A DNA stretch of 64,000 nt from an uncultured virus (IMG/VR IMGVR_UViG_3300042540_001084) (Duplodnaviria; Heunggongvirae; Uroviricota; Caudoviricetes). The stretch lies in IMG/VR virus record IMGVR_UViG_3300042540_001084. One strand, written 5' to 3'. The notes beneath the pieces are model-generated. The model was given only the letters and a program-made list of their open reading frames with translations, did no database searches and was not told where the DNA came from. The position numbers and the translations under genes are program-made. Shown one piece after another: positions 18,588 through 28,158 of the stretch (its first letter is position 1; every line of letters begins with the position of its first letter).

Positions 18588-19301
18588 ATGAAAAATTATT
18601 CAGTACTTGGAGCAGGCCAAACAGGAAAAGGAATTCTTATTGAAATGGATGCGGGATATATCTCCCCAACTGACCGTCTCAATGAAGCTATAATGAGGGA
18701 ACAAAAAGAACTTGATTATAGAAATCCTTTTGAGTTTTACGCCGTTTTACAAAAATATGGTGTACCAAATAGAAATGGTAGAGTTTATCCTGAAAGGATT
18801 TTAAAAAGAGAAGCTGAGAGATATAAGACAGCAATTAAGAAAGGTTTATCAACATCTGAATTAAATCACCCTGAATCATCACTTATCGATTTAGATAGAG
18901 TTGCGCATATTATTACTGATATATGGTGGGACAATAATATTTTGATGGGTAAGCTAAAATTATTGACATCACCAGGTTTCCACGAAAGAGGTATCGTATC
19001 TACAAAAGGAGATATTGCTGCCAATCTAATGAGACAAGGTGTTACTATGGGTGTTTCATCTCGTGGTGTCGGCTCTCTTAAAAAAGTTGGTGAACAAAAT
19101 GAAGTTCAAGACGATTTTGAATTAATTTGTTTTGACTTGGTATCTTCACCATCTACACCAGGTGCTTACTTATTCAGTAATCCTGAAGATAGAAATAACT
19201 ACGAAGAAAACTTAGAAGAAGAAAGAAAGATGAAAGACTCAGATTCTTTGGGTAAGTCTGTTGACTTAATGAAAAAATTAAACGATTATTTAACAAGATA
19301 A
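18588..19301 (+). CDS. Prohead protease (T4 gp21-like)
   Basis: NRNGRVYP, ELNHP, GVSSRGVGS, DLVSSPSTPGA. Confidence 0.93.
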   Translation: MKNYSVLGAGQTGKGILIEMDAGYISPTDRLNEAIMREQKELDYRNPFEFYAVLQKYGVPNRNGRVYPERILKREAERYKTAIKKGLSTSELNHPESSLIDLDRVAHIITDIWWDNNILMGKLKLLTSPGFHERGIVSTKGDIAANLMRQGVTMGVSSRGVGSLKKVGEQNEVQDDFELICFDLVSSPSTPGAYLFSNPEDRNNYEENLEEERKMKDSDSLGKSVDLMKKLNDYLTR

Positions 19302-19314
19302 AAAACTTACAATT

Positions 19315-19524
19315 ATGGATGAAAAATATTTTGTTGCAAAAATCGTTTATGAACTCCCCGATGAAAACTCAGGAAGAATTAAAAAAATTAGAGAAGAGAA
19401 ATTAGTGAGGGGATTTTCAGTTACAGATGTCGAAGCTAAAGTAACAGGGAAATACCAAGGCTTTCAACACGATTGGAGAATCGTTTCAGTATCTGAAAGT
19501 AAAATAGACGAAGTAATAGATTAA
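19315..19524 (+). CDS. Small protein resembling Bacteroidota DUF4494
   Basis: YF.AKI.YE..DENSG.IKKIREE.LV...SVTDVEAKV pattern. Confidence 0.55.
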   Translation: MDEKYFVAKIVYELPDENSGRIKKIREEKLVRGFSVTDVEAKVTGKYQGFQHDWRIVSVSESKIDEVID

Positions 19525-19538
19525 AAACAAAAAAAAAT

Positions 19539-19567
19539 AAAGTGGTCAAATCGACCACTTTTTTTTT
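19539..19567 (+). terminator. Intrinsic terminator
   Basis: aagtggtc-aaatc-gaccactt followed by a T-run. Confidence 0.75.
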
Positions 19568-19637
19568 GCTTTAAATTCTTTAATGGGACAAAAATTAAAT
19601 TTTTTGTTTTATTGCAGTATTTATAGTAAAAAAATAT

Positions 19638-21146
19638 ATGTCCGAAAATAAAAATTTGGTTCAAGAGGCTTTAATTCAAATGAAAAACGTCGAAGACGTT
19701 ATAGCCGAAAACGCAAAAGGAATACTTGCTTCAACTATGAAGGAAGAAATCAGTCAGTTAGTAAAAGAATCTCTCAACGAGCAAGAAGATGAGGAGATTG
19801 AATTAGATGCGGAGTTTGACACTGATGAAGTGGAAGATGAAGCTGATAACCTTGAGGATATGGATTCTGAAGAATCTGAAGACGAAATGGAATTCGGTGA
19901 CGAAGACGAAATGGAGTTTGAAGATGACGAAGAAACTATTGACCTTACTAACGCTTCAGCAGAAGACATCTTAACAATCTTTAAACGTATGTCTGATGAG
20001 GATGGAATCATTGTTCAAAAAGACGGTGATGAAATCTCAATCAAAGACAGCGGTGATGACGTTGAGTATCTTGTTAAAATGAATGAACAAGAAGAAGACG
20101 AAGAACTTGACGAACAATACGATGAAGAAGAAGATTATTTCGGATTTGACGGAATTGGTGAAGAAGATGAAATGATGGAACAGGATGTTGAAGATTCTGA
20201 TTTGGATGCAGTTTTAGACGCACTTTATAACGAACAAGAAGAAGTAGATGAAGAAGATGAAGTAGTCTATGAAATTGTTATGGATGAAGAAGATATGGAT
20301 ATGTCTGAAATGGACGATATGGATATGTCTGAAATGTATGAAGAAGATGAAGACAATGAAGGTTACAACCTTGAGGAAGCTAAAATGACTGTTAAACCTA
20401 AAGGCGTTGGAATGGGAAATCCTAAATTTAAATACGGTAGTTCATTACCTAAAAAAGGATTCTCTGACGACAAGAAAGAAGGACCTAAAACTATGGGTAC
20501 TGGTAAAGCAAAATTTGAGTTTAAAGAGGGTCAAGGATACGATGACAAGGAAGACGAAAGAGAAGGTATGAAGCACGGTAAAATTGCTAAGAAAGACCTT
20601 AAGTCAACTAAGTCTCGTAGAGATGATGCTCACTTCGAAACTCGTAAGAAAAAAGAAGAAACCAAAGAAGCTGCTAGAACTTATGGTATGGGTTCAAAAG
20701 AAGGTAGAGGTTTAAGAAAAGGAATTACAAACAATCGTAACTATACTTATGAATCTGTTGAAACTGAAATGAATGTACTTAGAGAGAAAAACGAAGAGTA
20801 TAGAAAAGCATTGAATGTTTTCAGAGAAAAACTTAATGAAGTTGCGGTTTTTAATTCTAACCTAGCTTACGCTACAAGATTGTTCACGGAACATTCTACT
20901 ACCAAGAAAGAAAAAATAAATATCTTGAGAAGATTTGATTCTGTTGAATCACTAAAAGAATCAAAACAACTCTACAAGACTGTTAAAGATGAATTGAGTA
21001 AAGTTGAGGGTAAGAGTATCAACGAAAGTGTTGAAACTAAACTTAACAACCAAATGAGCTCAGGCTCTTCAACAAGTCTAATTGAATCTAAGACATACGA
21101 AAATCCACAATTCTTAAGAATTAAAGATTTGATGGCGAAGATGTAA
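19638..21146 (+). CDS. Prohead core/scaffolding protein
   Basis: Highly acidic, coiled-coil C-terminus, many LxE/MxEQ sites, directly upstream of the capsid gene. Confidence 0.7.
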   Translation: MSENKNLVQEALIQMKNVEDVIAENAKGILASTMKEEISQLVKESLNEQEDEEIELDAEFDTDEVEDEADNLEDMDSEESEDEMEFGDEDEMEFEDDEETIDLTNASAEDILTIFKRMSDEDGIIVQKDGDEISIKDSGDDVEYLVKMNEQEEDEELDEQYDEEEDYFGFDGIGEEDEMMEQDVEDSDLDAVLDALYNEQEEVDEEDEVVYEIVMDEEDMDMSEMDDMDMSEMYEEDEDNEGYNLEEAKMTVKPKGVGMGNPKFKYGSSLPKKGFSDDKKEGPKTMGTGKAKFEFKEGQGYDDKEDEREGMKHGKIAKKDLKSTKSRRDDAHFETRKKKEETKEAARTYGMGSKEGRGLRKGITNNRNYTYESVETEMNVLREKNEEYRKALNVFREKLNEVAVFNSNLAYATRLFTEHSTTKKEKINILRRFDSVESLKESKQLYKTVKDELSKVEGKSINESVETKLNNQMSSGSSTSLIESKTYENPQFLRIKDLMAKM

Positions 21147-21184
21147 AAATAAAAATAAACTAAAAACAAAATCCAAATACTAAA

Positions 21185-22990
21185 ATGGGAGCATTATTAG
21201 AATCAGGTCTTGTTGGTAACATTGGTCTTAAGCACCTTAAAGTTATCAAAGAAGATACAATCAACAAATGGGACAAATTAGGGTTCCTTGAAGGTCTTAA
21301 AGGCCACCTAAAAGAGAACGTTGCTCAGTTATATGAAAACCAAGCATCATATCTCATTAACGAAGCTGCATCAACTGCTGACTCAGGTTCATTTGAAACA
21401 GTTGTTTTCCCAATCGTAAGAAGAGTTTTCTCTAAACTTTTGGCTAACGACATCGTTTCAGTACAAGCTATGAACCTTCCTATCGGTAAATTGTTCTACT
21501 TCGTACCTAACATTCAGTCTTACGAAACTGAAACATCAACATTTGGTGAACACTGGGCACCTTATGGTTCACCTAACGCGGCTGCTAACCAACAACCAAA
21601 TAGTGGTTATGATTACAACGCAACTAAAGACCTTTACGATAGATTCTACGAAGGTAACGAACCAGCTCTTGACCCTCCAGGTCTTTACGACTACTCAAAA
21701 GGTAGCTTCTCGTCAATCACAGCTGGTAACTCTACTGTAGTATGGGTTGGTGATGAGTTAGTTGCTTCAGGTTATGGTTTAGATAACTACAGAAAAGTTC
21801 TTTTGGTTATGACAGGATTTGCTTCAGCAGGTGCTGGTCAATTAATCGGACCTAACGGTCAACCAATGGATACTGAAGAATTCTTATCTGACTTGACTAT
21901 TAGAGGTAAGGCTGGTAACTACACAACAGCTGCTAACGTAAACAATAACTACTTATTCAGAGTTGTTACTCAAAGATATGGTAAAGGTATTGTTGAGTAC
22001 GGTTCAGACGTAACTCTTGAGTTCCCTAACTCTAGAACTGACGGTGGTACATATTACAACGTATGTGACGCAGAAGGTAAAATCTACTTGGAAGTTGACC
22101 TTCAGGTTCCTGTTTGTATCTCTTGTGGAGATGCTAACTCAATCGATGGTTACACAGGTTCAACATTCTACTCTTCATTGTCAGCAGCTTCACAAGCATT
22201 CTCTACAACTTATAGAATCTACAAGAATCTTGAATTTGAAGATAGAATCGGTGAAGTTTCTTTCGACCTTCAGTCAGTGACTGTATCGGTTACAGAAAGA
22301 AAATTAAGAGCACAATGGTCACCTGAAATGGCTCAAGACGTAGCGGCATTCCACAACATCGACGCTGAAGCTGAATTAACAGCTTTATTGTCTGAGCAAG
22401 TTGCGGCTGAAATCGACCGTGAAATCTTAAGAGACCTTAGAAAAGGTGCGGCTTGGAACTTACGTTGGGACTACAACGGATGGAAGAGATTAGGTTCAAG
22501 TGCAGTTCCTTACACACAAAAGGACTGGAACCAAACTCTTATCACAGCAATCAACCAAATCTCAGCTCAAATCCACAAATCTACTTTAAGAGGTGGAGCT
22601 AACTGGATTGTAGTATCTTCTGAGGTATCTGCTATCTTTGATGACTTGGAATACTTCCACGTATCAAATGCGGCTCCTGAGCAAGACCAATACAATATGG
22701 GTATTGAGAGAGTTGGTACATTGGCTGGTAGATATCAAGTTTACCGTGACCCTTACTTCCCAGCAAACCAAGTGTTGTTAGGACATAAAGGAACATCGTT
22801 ACTTGACACAGGTTACATTTACGCACCGTATGTACCTCTACAATTAACACCAACAATGTATAACCCATTCAACTTCACACCAATCAAAGGTATTATGACA
22901 AGATACGCTAAGAAAATGGTGAACAACAGATTCTATGGTAGAATCACAGTTGATGGTGTTAGAACATTCGACTTGAGAGAATTGAGATAA
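21185..22990 (+). CDS. Major capsid protein (T4 gp23-like)
   Basis: DIVSVQAM, RKLRAQWSPEMAQD, AEIDREI, YAPYVPL, PIKGIMTRYA. Confidence 0.95.
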   Translation: MGALLESGLVGNIGLKHLKVIKEDTINKWDKLGFLEGLKGHLKENVAQLYENQASYLINEAASTADSGSFETVVFPIVRRVFSKLLANDIVSVQAMNLPIGKLFYFVPNIQSYETETSTFGEHWAPYGSPNAAANQQPNSGYDYNATKDLYDRFYEGNEPALDPPGLYDYSKGSFSSITAGNSTVVWVGDELVASGYGLDNYRKVLLVMTGFASAGAGQLIGPNGQPMDTEEFLSDLTIRGKAGNYTTAANVNNNYLFRVVTQRYGKGIVEYGSDVTLEFPNSRTDGGTYYNVCDAEGKIYLEVDLQVPVCISCGDANSIDGYTGSTFYSSLSAASQAFSTTYRIYKNLEFEDRIGEVSFDLQSVTVSVTERKLRAQWSPEMAQDVAAFHNIDAEAELTALLSEQVAAEIDREILRDLRKGAAWNLRWDYNGWKRLGSSAVPYTQKDWNQTLITAINQISAQIHKSTLRGGANWIVVSSEVSAIFDDLEYFHVSNAAPEQDQYNMGIERVGTLAGRYQVYRDPYFPANQVLLGHKGTSLLDTGYIYAPYVPLQLTPTMYNPFNFTPIKGIMTRYAKKMVNNRFYGRITVDGVRTFDLRELR

Positions 22991-23009
22991 TCAAACTCAA
23001 ATCTAACAG

Positions 23010-23039
23010 AAAGGGGACCAATGGTCCCCTTTTTTTTTT
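23010..23039 (+). terminator. Intrinsic terminator after the capsid gene
   Basis: aaaggggacca-a-tggtcccctttt followed by a T-run. Confidence 0.85.
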
Positions 23040-23262
23040 ATCCTAACTTATGTGTTTTCCGTAAAGATTTAAGTAGTATTTCGGTTTCGGGTAATGTAAA
23101 GATACCCGCGTATAACGCCTTTTCACAGGCAAACTTCATCATAATGTATGCCTGCTCTTCATCCAAATTATCAATTAAATCATTTAATTGTTCATTGGTT
23201 CTGTATAAAACATTACCAAACAATTCCCCAATAGGTTCTGTATTTTCGAAATTATCTTCCAT
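23038..23262 (-). CDS. Hypothetical protein
   Basis: 74-aa ORF with typical composition. Confidence 0.65.
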   Translation of the reverse strand: MEDNFENTEPIGELFGNVLYRTNEQLNDLIDNLDEEQAYIMMKFACEKALYAGIFTLPETEILLKSLRKTHKLG

Positions 23263-23292
23263 AGTGATATTTATAATAATAAGATATTTTTT

Positions 23293-23697
23293 ATGAAATT
23301 ACAAGCGGGAAGAGATTCTAATTACGAAAAAATGTTAAACGAAGATTTAGCGGTTTGGTTTGGTACTAAGAAAAAACCAAAAGGTTCTAAGCAACCTAAA
23401 GGTCCTTGGGTTAATATTTGTAGAAAAAAAGAAGGTGGAGGTCATCCACCTTGTGGTAGACCTGATGCTGACCCTAAAGGATATCCAAAATGTCGTGCGG
23501 CGGGAGTAGCGTCTAAAATGACAGATGCACAGAAAAAAGCTGCCTGTGCACAAAAAAGACGTGCGGAAAAAAAGGACCCAAAAGTTGGTAAGGGTAATAA
23601 ACCAACTATGGTGTCCTATAAGACTAAAAAAAATGAAAGTCTTAGAAATACTATTTTAAATGTTCTTAAGGAGTCTTTAAAGAATCGACAGGGTTAA
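23293..23697 (+). CDS. Small basic Cys-containing protein
   Basis: EDLAVWF...WVNIC...CGR...YPKC; TATTTAT upstream. Confidence 0.75.
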   Translation: MKLQAGRDSNYEKMLNEDLAVWFGTKKKPKGSKQPKGPWVNICRKKEGGGHPPCGRPDADPKGYPKCRAAGVASKMTDAQKKAACAQKRRAEKKDPKVGKGNKPTMVSYKTKKNESLRNTILNVLKESLKNRQG

Positions 23698-23986
23698 CAA
23701 TACTATCATTACTTTCTTTAAAGGAATCTTTGACTTGTGGGACAACTTGCGGAATAACTTTAGGTGTTTGTTTTTGAATTTTGACAGTATTATTACTATC
23801 ATTTTTTAATGGTTTTTTAGATTCATCATCAAAAACATAAGGTTTTTCCTCAATAGTTTTAGTGATAGGTTTTCTACCACCTTTACCAAAATAAAGTAAT
23901 ACGTTATACGTAAGTAGAATAACTATTGATGAGATAAATAGATATCCAATCAAACCATATACAAATAAACTTTTAAACTGTTTCAT
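23666..23986 (-). CDS. Hypothetical protein with an N-terminal membrane anchor
   Basis: Hydrophobic residues ~8-33. Confidence 0.65.
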   Translation of the reverse strand: MKQFKSLFVYGLIGYLFISSIVILLTYNVLLYFGKGGRKPITKTIEEKPYVFDDESKKPLKNDSNNTVKIQKQTPKVIPQVVPQVKDSFKESNDSIVNPVDSLKTP

Positions 23987-24387
23987 TTTATATTCTTATA
24001 AATTGTTTGGAGTGAATGACGAATATTTGCAGTTATCTCCTTTTCAAATTCCTCTCTACGGCTTTCAACTTCATTATCAAACAATGAAGTTAACTGATTC
24101 CAAGATTTGTCTTCTAAAAATACTACGTAAGAGTATACGTGATTTATTACTTTGATACTTCGACCTTCTAAAATTACAAAGATACCTGAGGCATCGTTTT
24201 TAATATATCTTTTAGACGATATTGGGGTTAGTAATAACAAACTTTCAGGTTTTGCTATTAGTCTTTTACAAATATTAATAGCATCTCTCTCATATTCAGA
24301 TTTCTCTTGTGGTGGTGTAGAAACCCGAATTGCTTTAATTGCACTCTTTTGGATGAAACGTTTTAGTTTGTGTAGTAATGTACTCAT
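23983..24387 (-). CDS. Hypothetical protein
   Basis: ORF; TATATTTG -7 element at 24406-24413 (minus). Confidence 0.75.
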   Translation of the reverse strand: MSTLLHKLKRFIQKSAIKAIRVSTPPQEKSEYERDAINICKRLIAKPESLLLLTPISSKRYIKNDASGIFVILEGRSIKVINHVYSYVVFLEDKSWNQLTSLFDNEVESRREEFEKEITANIRHSLQTIYKNIK

Positions 24388-24436
24388 AGTCTCGTTTATT
24401 GACTACAAATATAATGAAAGTTTTTGAATAAAAAAA

Positions 24437-24916
24437 TTAACAGTAGGTTCCTGAACATCTTTTTTTACCGTCAAGTCCAGGTTGTTTTCCCTTACAGACT
24501 TGGACCGCGTATCCATTAGCGTATGCTGAAGGGTAAACATCAAATTTTGATTTGGCAGCAGCTTTACCACGAGCACATAACTTAGTCCCTGTCTTTTTAC
24601 GACCTTCGTTAACATATTCATACTCGTCGTATTCCATATCTTCCCCCTCACCATTGATTTCATTCATCATAAAATCAAAAACTTGGTCTAAATTGTTTTT
24701 GGATTCTGTTATATGGTCATCAGCCCAGTCGTGTCCATTGTTAAGAATTTCTGTGATAGTGTCTTCGTCTAGCTCCAAAAGAAGCTCACATTGTCTTTTC
24801 ATTTGTTCTAAATTAGAAAAGAACATATATCTGTTACTTCTCATATCCTTATCTTCACCTAAAACTTTTTTTATTAGGTTAGTTAGTTCTGTTTCTGAAA
24901 GTCTTACTGTTTTCAT
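24437..24916 (-). CDS. Hypothetical protein with a basic C-terminal YPSAYANG module
   Basis: MKTVRLSETELTNLIKKVLGE start; C-terminal KAAAKSKFDVYPSAYANGYAVQVCKG. Confidence 0.75.
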   Translation of the reverse strand: MKTVRLSETELTNLIKKVLGEDKDMRSNRYMFFSNLEQMKRQCELLLELDEDTITEILNNGHDWADDHITESKNNLDQVFDFMMNEINGEGEDMEYDEYEYVNEGRKKTGTKLCARGKAAAKSKFDVYPSAYANGYAVQVCKGKQPGLDGKKRCSGTYC

Positions 24917-26421
24917 TTTTTGTTTACTATTTGGAATTGTAATGTGTCTTTATAAATATCTTTCTCACCACTTGTGTTTACCCTTATGTCCACAAAATAT
25001 TCATTTGGTATTTTGTCTCTCATATCAAAGATGAAATAATATTCGTTAGGGGTTCTATTTACAGGAGTCCAATCTTGGACGATAACCTCAGTGGTACCTT
25101 CTTTTACGTAAACTCTATAGTAAACATCAATGTCCATCAATAAAGTCTGTGACGACCAAAGTTTTTTGGCGATTACACCAATTTTTCTAATTTCAGTATT
25201 AAGTATTTTTTCATTTTGTAAAATACCATAATAACTAAACCCAAATTTTTCAGGTTCTTTGGATAGGGTTCCTATCTGAATTCCTGACGTATAAGGTCTT
25301 AAAACAAATTCATTGGTTATGTTTGGAATGGGTTGTCCATTAATTGTTAAGTTAGACCACACATCATAGAACATACAAGGTGTTGTGTATGCTGAAAAGG
25401 CGTTAGGAACCGTGACTTCATAAATACCCTTTGTAATCAAACAAGTTGACAATCCTGTAACAACTAAATCTCCTGCAGAGTCCTCAATAGATACTGTTGG
25501 TAAATTATCTAAGTTTACAAAATCACCGTTTTGATAAACATATAAGTATAACTTATTTGTCTGATTTTGTAAGAATAAATTTCTATCATCCTTAATCAAA
25601 TCATTATAGGTTGTTTGAAGATATGGTTGGTAGAATGTTTGTGTGTATTTTGAAAAGAACGCAACACTATAACTCTCAGTTAAACCTGTAATATTCTCAA
25701 TATCAGGGACATAAGCAATTCCCCATCCTGTGACACCTGTCAACGTACCATTTAAAATACTGTTGATTTCATTAGTCATATCAAAACTTGCATCTTCATT
25801 ACCCAATTCAAAGTGTTGTACGTCAACGATTGTTAACGCAGAGTAGTTACACCCCGTCAAACTTGTTAAAGTGTTTCTATTGTCATATAAACCAGGTACT
25901 GACCAATTCTTAAGTGTACTTCTTTGATACCAGTTTGTTGGTCTTGTTGAAAAGGCTGAGTTATTGTTTTGTTGGATGACAGATAATTGACCACTAACAC
26001 CATTCTTAGTTAATGCGTAATCATTATAATCAAACCCAACACCTTCATCCCATACTTGAGGTTCACCTGTACTTCCTGAGTATTTTGGTATTCTAAAAAG
26101 AATTAAATCAAATGATGTTGCTCTTTTTCTACCATTTGTCATATTGGTATTAATCAAGTCATCTTCAAACGATGAAGTATTAACCATATTTAAAACGTGA
26201 GTCATACCTGTGGTACAACCTGTTGATATAACACCTGAAGCAATTTGTTCTTCAAGATAAGTTAAATCAAGGTCAAATAAAAAACGTGTAAAACCAAAGT
26301 TGGGTACAATTAAATCCGAAGCACCAAAGTTTAATTCAGCAACTGGGTTACGAGCAGTATTGGTATAAAGATTTGATATTATAGTATCGTTCTTTGAGAA
26401 ATATGACCTTAAGATAGACAT
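24913..26421 (-). CDS. Probable virion structural protein (beta-rich)
   Basis: 502 aa; TATTTAT upstream; next to the baseplate-like gene. Confidence 0.6.
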   Translation of the reverse strand: MSILRSYFSKNDTIISNLYTNTARNPVAELNFGASDLIVPNFGFTRFLFDLDLTYLEEQIASGVISTGCTTGMTHVLNMVNTSSFEDDLINTNMTNGRKRATSFDLILFRIPKYSGSTGEPQVWDEGVGFDYNDYALTKNGVSGQLSVIQQNNNSAFSTRPTNWYQRSTLKNWSVPGLYDNRNTLTSLTGCNYSALTIVDVQHFELGNEDASFDMTNEINSILNGTLTGVTGWGIAYVPDIENITGLTESYSVAFFSKYTQTFYQPYLQTTYNDLIKDDRNLFLQNQTNKLYLYVYQNGDFVNLDNLPTVSIEDSAGDLVVTGLSTCLITKGIYEVTVPNAFSAYTTPCMFYDVWSNLTINGQPIPNITNEFVLRPYTSGIQIGTLSKEPEKFGFSYYGILQNEKILNTEIRKIGVIAKKLWSSQTLLMDIDVYYRVYVKEGTTEVIVQDWTPVNRTPNEYYFIFDMRDKIPNEYFVDIRVNTSGEKDIYKDTLQFQIVNKK

Positions 26422-26446
26422 TTAAATAAGTATTTTATTATAAATA

Positions 26447-27952
26447 TCAATTCAGTCGAATATTCTGGTTAAGAACTTTGGATGGAGCTTCATTATTTGC
26501 TGTAAGAACTGCAGAAACAGTAGAACCGTCTTCTGTAACAACACAAGGTGGTTCACCAGGATAAGCGTGAGTATGTGAAATTAAGAACCTAACAATTTGA
26601 TTCAAAAACTCTAATAACTCTTCACCCCTAACTAAACTTGAGGTATTTGGGTCAATCTCAGTAACAAACTTAGTTTCATCAATACCATAGAGACTATTAT
26701 CAAAATTGATTTTCTTTTTACCCGGTATTTGAGAGGTTTGAGACAATAGATAAATTTTGTTCCCCCCTAATGCCGCGAATGTTGATGGTAATCCTGTAGT
26801 TTTAAAACCTTCAACAACATTTTTGATTAATTTAATAGGAACACCAACTTTAGACTGTTCGTATATTAAACCATAACCACCAACTGAGTTGTTTTGATTC
26901 AACTTAATCTTTTGATATATGGTTGATAAAGTTCTTTGAGTCTGAAAATTACCGGCACTCATTTGAGTATAGAAAAATGGTGCGGGTCTAAAGTAGATTG
27001 GAAATCTTTGTTCTAAAACACCAAACAATTCAACACCACTTGCGGTTTTTCTTTTAGAGTTACAAGTTTGAATGAATAAGTTAATAAAATCAATCACTTG
27101 TTGTGTTCCTTCTAAATTGGTAAACTTTTCTTGGGCAACAAGAACCTTTAAATCCTCAATATTTGAATCAACCTTTAATGCCTTTGCTAACGTTCTTTCT
27201 GAAGGGACTAATTTGTAAAGTCGACAAACACCATTATAAATCGGGTTTGGTAATGAGTTTTCGGGGTTATTAATAATATACTCAATAAGATACTTAACTT
27301 GGGGGTTAGATTCCTTAATCTCGAAGAATGTTTTTTGAGCCTCTTTAATCTTTGATGTGTCAAATTTTGATAGTTGTAAAAAGGCTCTGTTTTTATTACC
27401 GACAGGGTCTTTATCACCAACTAATTCTCCTTTGTATTTCCCGGCTCTAAGTAATAATTCGTTTTCTTTTAAAACTAAATCTGTTGACCCTCTACCCATA
27501 ACTGCAACATCTCCTGGGTCGGGGAATACTCCATTTGGGTCAGGATTCTTAAAACTACCATCCGTGTTTCTAATAAACTTTGACCCATTTAATCTGATAC
27601 CTCTAATATCTCCATATCTTTCAGATTGAGCGTAATTTTCTAAAACAATATTTTGAATTCTTGAGAAAGGACCTTGTATGTAGTACGCGTTTAAAAACTG
27701 AGAGTCATCAGTATCGTGGTAGTAAATTTGTAGAAGTTCATCTACTTTTGGAACGGACCAAATGTATATTGGTAATAAACTGTTAAAAACAAATGGGTCT
27801 TTTTCTGACCAAGCATCCGTTACAACATTAAAATCTTCTACAGATTGTCTAATCGCTTCCGTATCATCTGTTAAAATTTGTGCACGTACACGACCAAGAT
27901 TTAAAGGGTCTTGATTGTCAACAACTTTAGCGTAATACCATAACCTTGCCAT
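26447..27952 (-). CDS. Baseplate hub/spike protein (gp5/VgrG OB-fold-like N-terminus)
   Basis: AKVVDNQDPLNLGRVRAQI...VPKVDE; HTH motif near the C-terminus as in spike tips. Confidence 0.65.
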   Translation of the reverse strand: MARLWYYAKVVDNQDPLNLGRVRAQILTDDTEAIRQSVEDFNVVTDAWSEKDPFVFNSLLPIYIWSVPKVDELLQIYYHDTDDSQFLNAYYIQGPFSRIQNIVLENYAQSERYGDIRGIRLNGSKFIRNTDGSFKNPDPNGVFPDPGDVAVMGRGSTDLVLKENELLLRAGKYKGELVGDKDPVGNKNRAFLQLSKFDTSKIKEAQKTFFEIKESNPQVKYLIEYIINNPENSLPNPIYNGVCRLYKLVPSERTLAKALKVDSNIEDLKVLVAQEKFTNLEGTQQVIDFINLFIQTCNSKRKTASGVELFGVLEQRFPIYFRPAPFFYTQMSAGNFQTQRTLSTIYQKIKLNQNNSVGGYGLIYEQSKVGVPIKLIKNVVEGFKTTGLPSTFAALGGNKIYLLSQTSQIPGKKKINFDNSLYGIDETKFVTEIDPNTSSLVRGEELLEFLNQIVRFLISHTHAYPGEPPCVVTEDGSTVSAVLTANNEAPSKVLNQNIRLN

Positions 27953-28158
27953 TATCCGTTTCTTTTCTTGTGTTCTTTTAACATAACGTCATAAAGTTGC
28001 TCAACTCTATCTAAGTAGTATGTCATATTAATAATGTTTTTTTTAGTATCTTCAAACTCTGTTGCAAGTTTGTCCATATTAGTTTCTAAAGACTTATTGG
28101 ATAATTTATCAACGTCTTTAGAACTTTCAATCATAATTTTAAATTCTTCTTCTGTCAT
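27952..28158 (-). CDS. Small coiled-coil hypothetical protein
   Basis: Translationally coupled on both sides. Confidence 0.7.
   Translation of the reverse strand: MTEEEFKIMIESSKDVDKLSNKSLETNMDKLATEFEDTKKNIINMTYYLDRVEQLYDVMLKEHKKRNG

Noticed and set aside
13464..22990. Inteins or introns in terminase, portal or capsid
   Set aside because: Frames are continuous; insertions relative to T4 homologs show no intein termini or homing-endonuclease motifs
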